DNA of 64,000 nucleotides. It comes from Isurus oxyrinchus (taxonomy: Eukaryota). The notes below the pieces were generated by a model. The model ran no database searches. It was not told the origin of the DNA and saw only the letters and a list, made by a program, of their open reading frames with translations. Shown here one piece after another: positions 62,608 to 64,000 of this stretch (the stretch's first letter is position 1; every line of letters starts with the position of its first letter). Location of the stretch: assembly GCA_026770705.1 (NCBI GenBank), contig JANJGN010000021.1, forward strand, positions 12,276,001 to 12,340,000, in the 5' to 3' direction. The position numbers were made by a program, and so were the translations under genes.

Positions 62608-63267
62608 GGGCAGGATCTTCCGGTTGGCGTGTGGGGGCGGGGCCTGCTCACCGACGTGTAAAATCACACGAGATGACGTCAGGCGGAACTTCCAACGCCA
62701 CCCCCGCGTCATTTCCATTTTCAGGTCGGCGGGGACACAGCTGAGTCAGCTGTGCGCCCGCCGATCGATCAAAGGCCTATTGAGGGCATTGAGAAACTAA
62801 TTGAAATCATTAATGGACCTGCCCGTCCAGCCTTAAGGTTGGTGGGACAGGCTGGGAGCCCCGGGCTTCAGAAAAAGCATCAAACCTCATCCACGGGAGG
62901 GGTGAGGTTTCATGAGGGTTTTTAAATATTTAATAAAGGTTTCAATAAAAGTTATGGGCACTTTCCGATTCACGTGGCAGTGTCACATGAGGGGACACGA
63001 CAGGGAAATTTTTTCTATCATTTGTGTTACCATTTTTAATTCGGAGCTGATCTCCCTGAGGCAGCACTTGGCGCACATGCAGGAAAGAGCGCACCCCCCG
63101 GTTGAGGCAATCCCCCTCCATAGTGCTTCCTGGCGAGCGTCACGCCGGGCAGGCCTTAATTGACCCGCCCACGTAAAATGGTGGCGTCCAATCGGAGGTG
63201 TGCCCACGTCCGCTCCCGCAATTCCACCCCCTCACCCCCCGCACCCCGATGGGGGAAAATTTTACCC
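62608..63267. mobile_element. Harbinger MITE
   Basis: TIR gggcaggatcttcc / ggaaaattttaccc; TSD CTG. Confidence 0.9.
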
Positions 63268-63445
63268 CTGGTTAAGAGCAAAACGAACTTATGTTATGTT
63301 AGTTCAATTGTTTCACACTGCCAGGCTCACTCCTGTCAGTTTTCCTAACTCACTATCCACATTTGCATTGTATAATGATCTTAAACAGAAAAAAATAATC
63401 AGAAGTCTTTTTAGTTTTGTAATATTTAAAAGAGATTTTAAACGT

Positions 63446-63544
63446 GAAATAAAAACCGAGATCATTGGAAACACTCAGCAGGTCTGGCAGCATCTGTGGA
63501 GAGGGACTTAGAGTTAATGTTTCAGGTTGGTAATCTTTCACCAG
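63446..63544 (-). mobile_element. Penelope-like short element with a decayed hammerhead motif
   Basis: Body ctcagcaggtctggcagcatctgtggag; minus strand CTGGTGA-aagattaccaacct-GAAAC-ATT-AAC at 63513-63544. Confidence 0.65.
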
Positions 63545-64000
63545 TCTTTAAACTTGACATTCCCTCATCATAGGTTCTGAATTGTATGCCGTATTTATTC
63601 GACTATAATAATGGAACAACAATTCTATTTGTTATATTCATATTCCGTCCACAGAATTTGATTACACCCTCAATGTGCAAACCATGTATTTAGTTTTCCA
63701 TTAGAGATAAAGTTTCTTTTTCTAAAAGACTTTGGGATAACTGAGGATGAAGCTGTATGGTACAATACTTGGTTGGGTTTCCATCTAAAGGAGCAGCATT
63801 TAAACAACCGTTCATTTCTTAAAAAGATTGTAGTGTTCTGCCAGACTGAGTGCATTATCCTGGTTTGTATTCGTGAGACAGAGCCCATCTGCGGGATATG
63901 CAAAGCACTTGTTTAGTAAATGAAATCCTGATGACTGGGCTAATCAGCTGGATCAATATATCCTTTGGGAGACCATTTGGTCTACACCTCACAGAACAAT

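Overview
Eukaryotic, repeat-dense DNA with no host protein-coding exon, rRNA, true tRNA gene or CRISPR that I can support. The repeat types (CR1 LINEs with ATTCTGTG-type tails, Deu-type SINEs, Tx1, Gypsy, many PIF/Harbinger elements, short Penelope-type repeats) suggest a cartilaginous-fish genome; that is an inference. Almost every long ORF belongs to a decayed transposon. These are a Tx1 LINE (5.9-9.1 kb), two Gypsy elements (18.4-26.6 kb +, 49.4-54.8 kb -), a gag-only LTR element (56.6-59.6 kb), a two-gene Harbinger (33.7-37.9 kb), CR1-like LINEs, a Vingi/Ingi-like fragment and an old RT relic (46.5-47.8 kb). The most interesting observations are: (1) short Penelope-type elements carrying minimal hammerhead-ribozyme motifs, one copy folded back as a hairpin; (2) an apparently ORF1-less LINE that begins with a tRNA-like Pol III head, with the local SINE looking like its internal-deletion derivative; (3) a four-level nested insertion with all three TSDs readable; (4) two near-identical local inverted duplications; (5) a C-NNN-G target context shared by Harbinger insertions. 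Boundaries were read by eye and family names need database confirmation.
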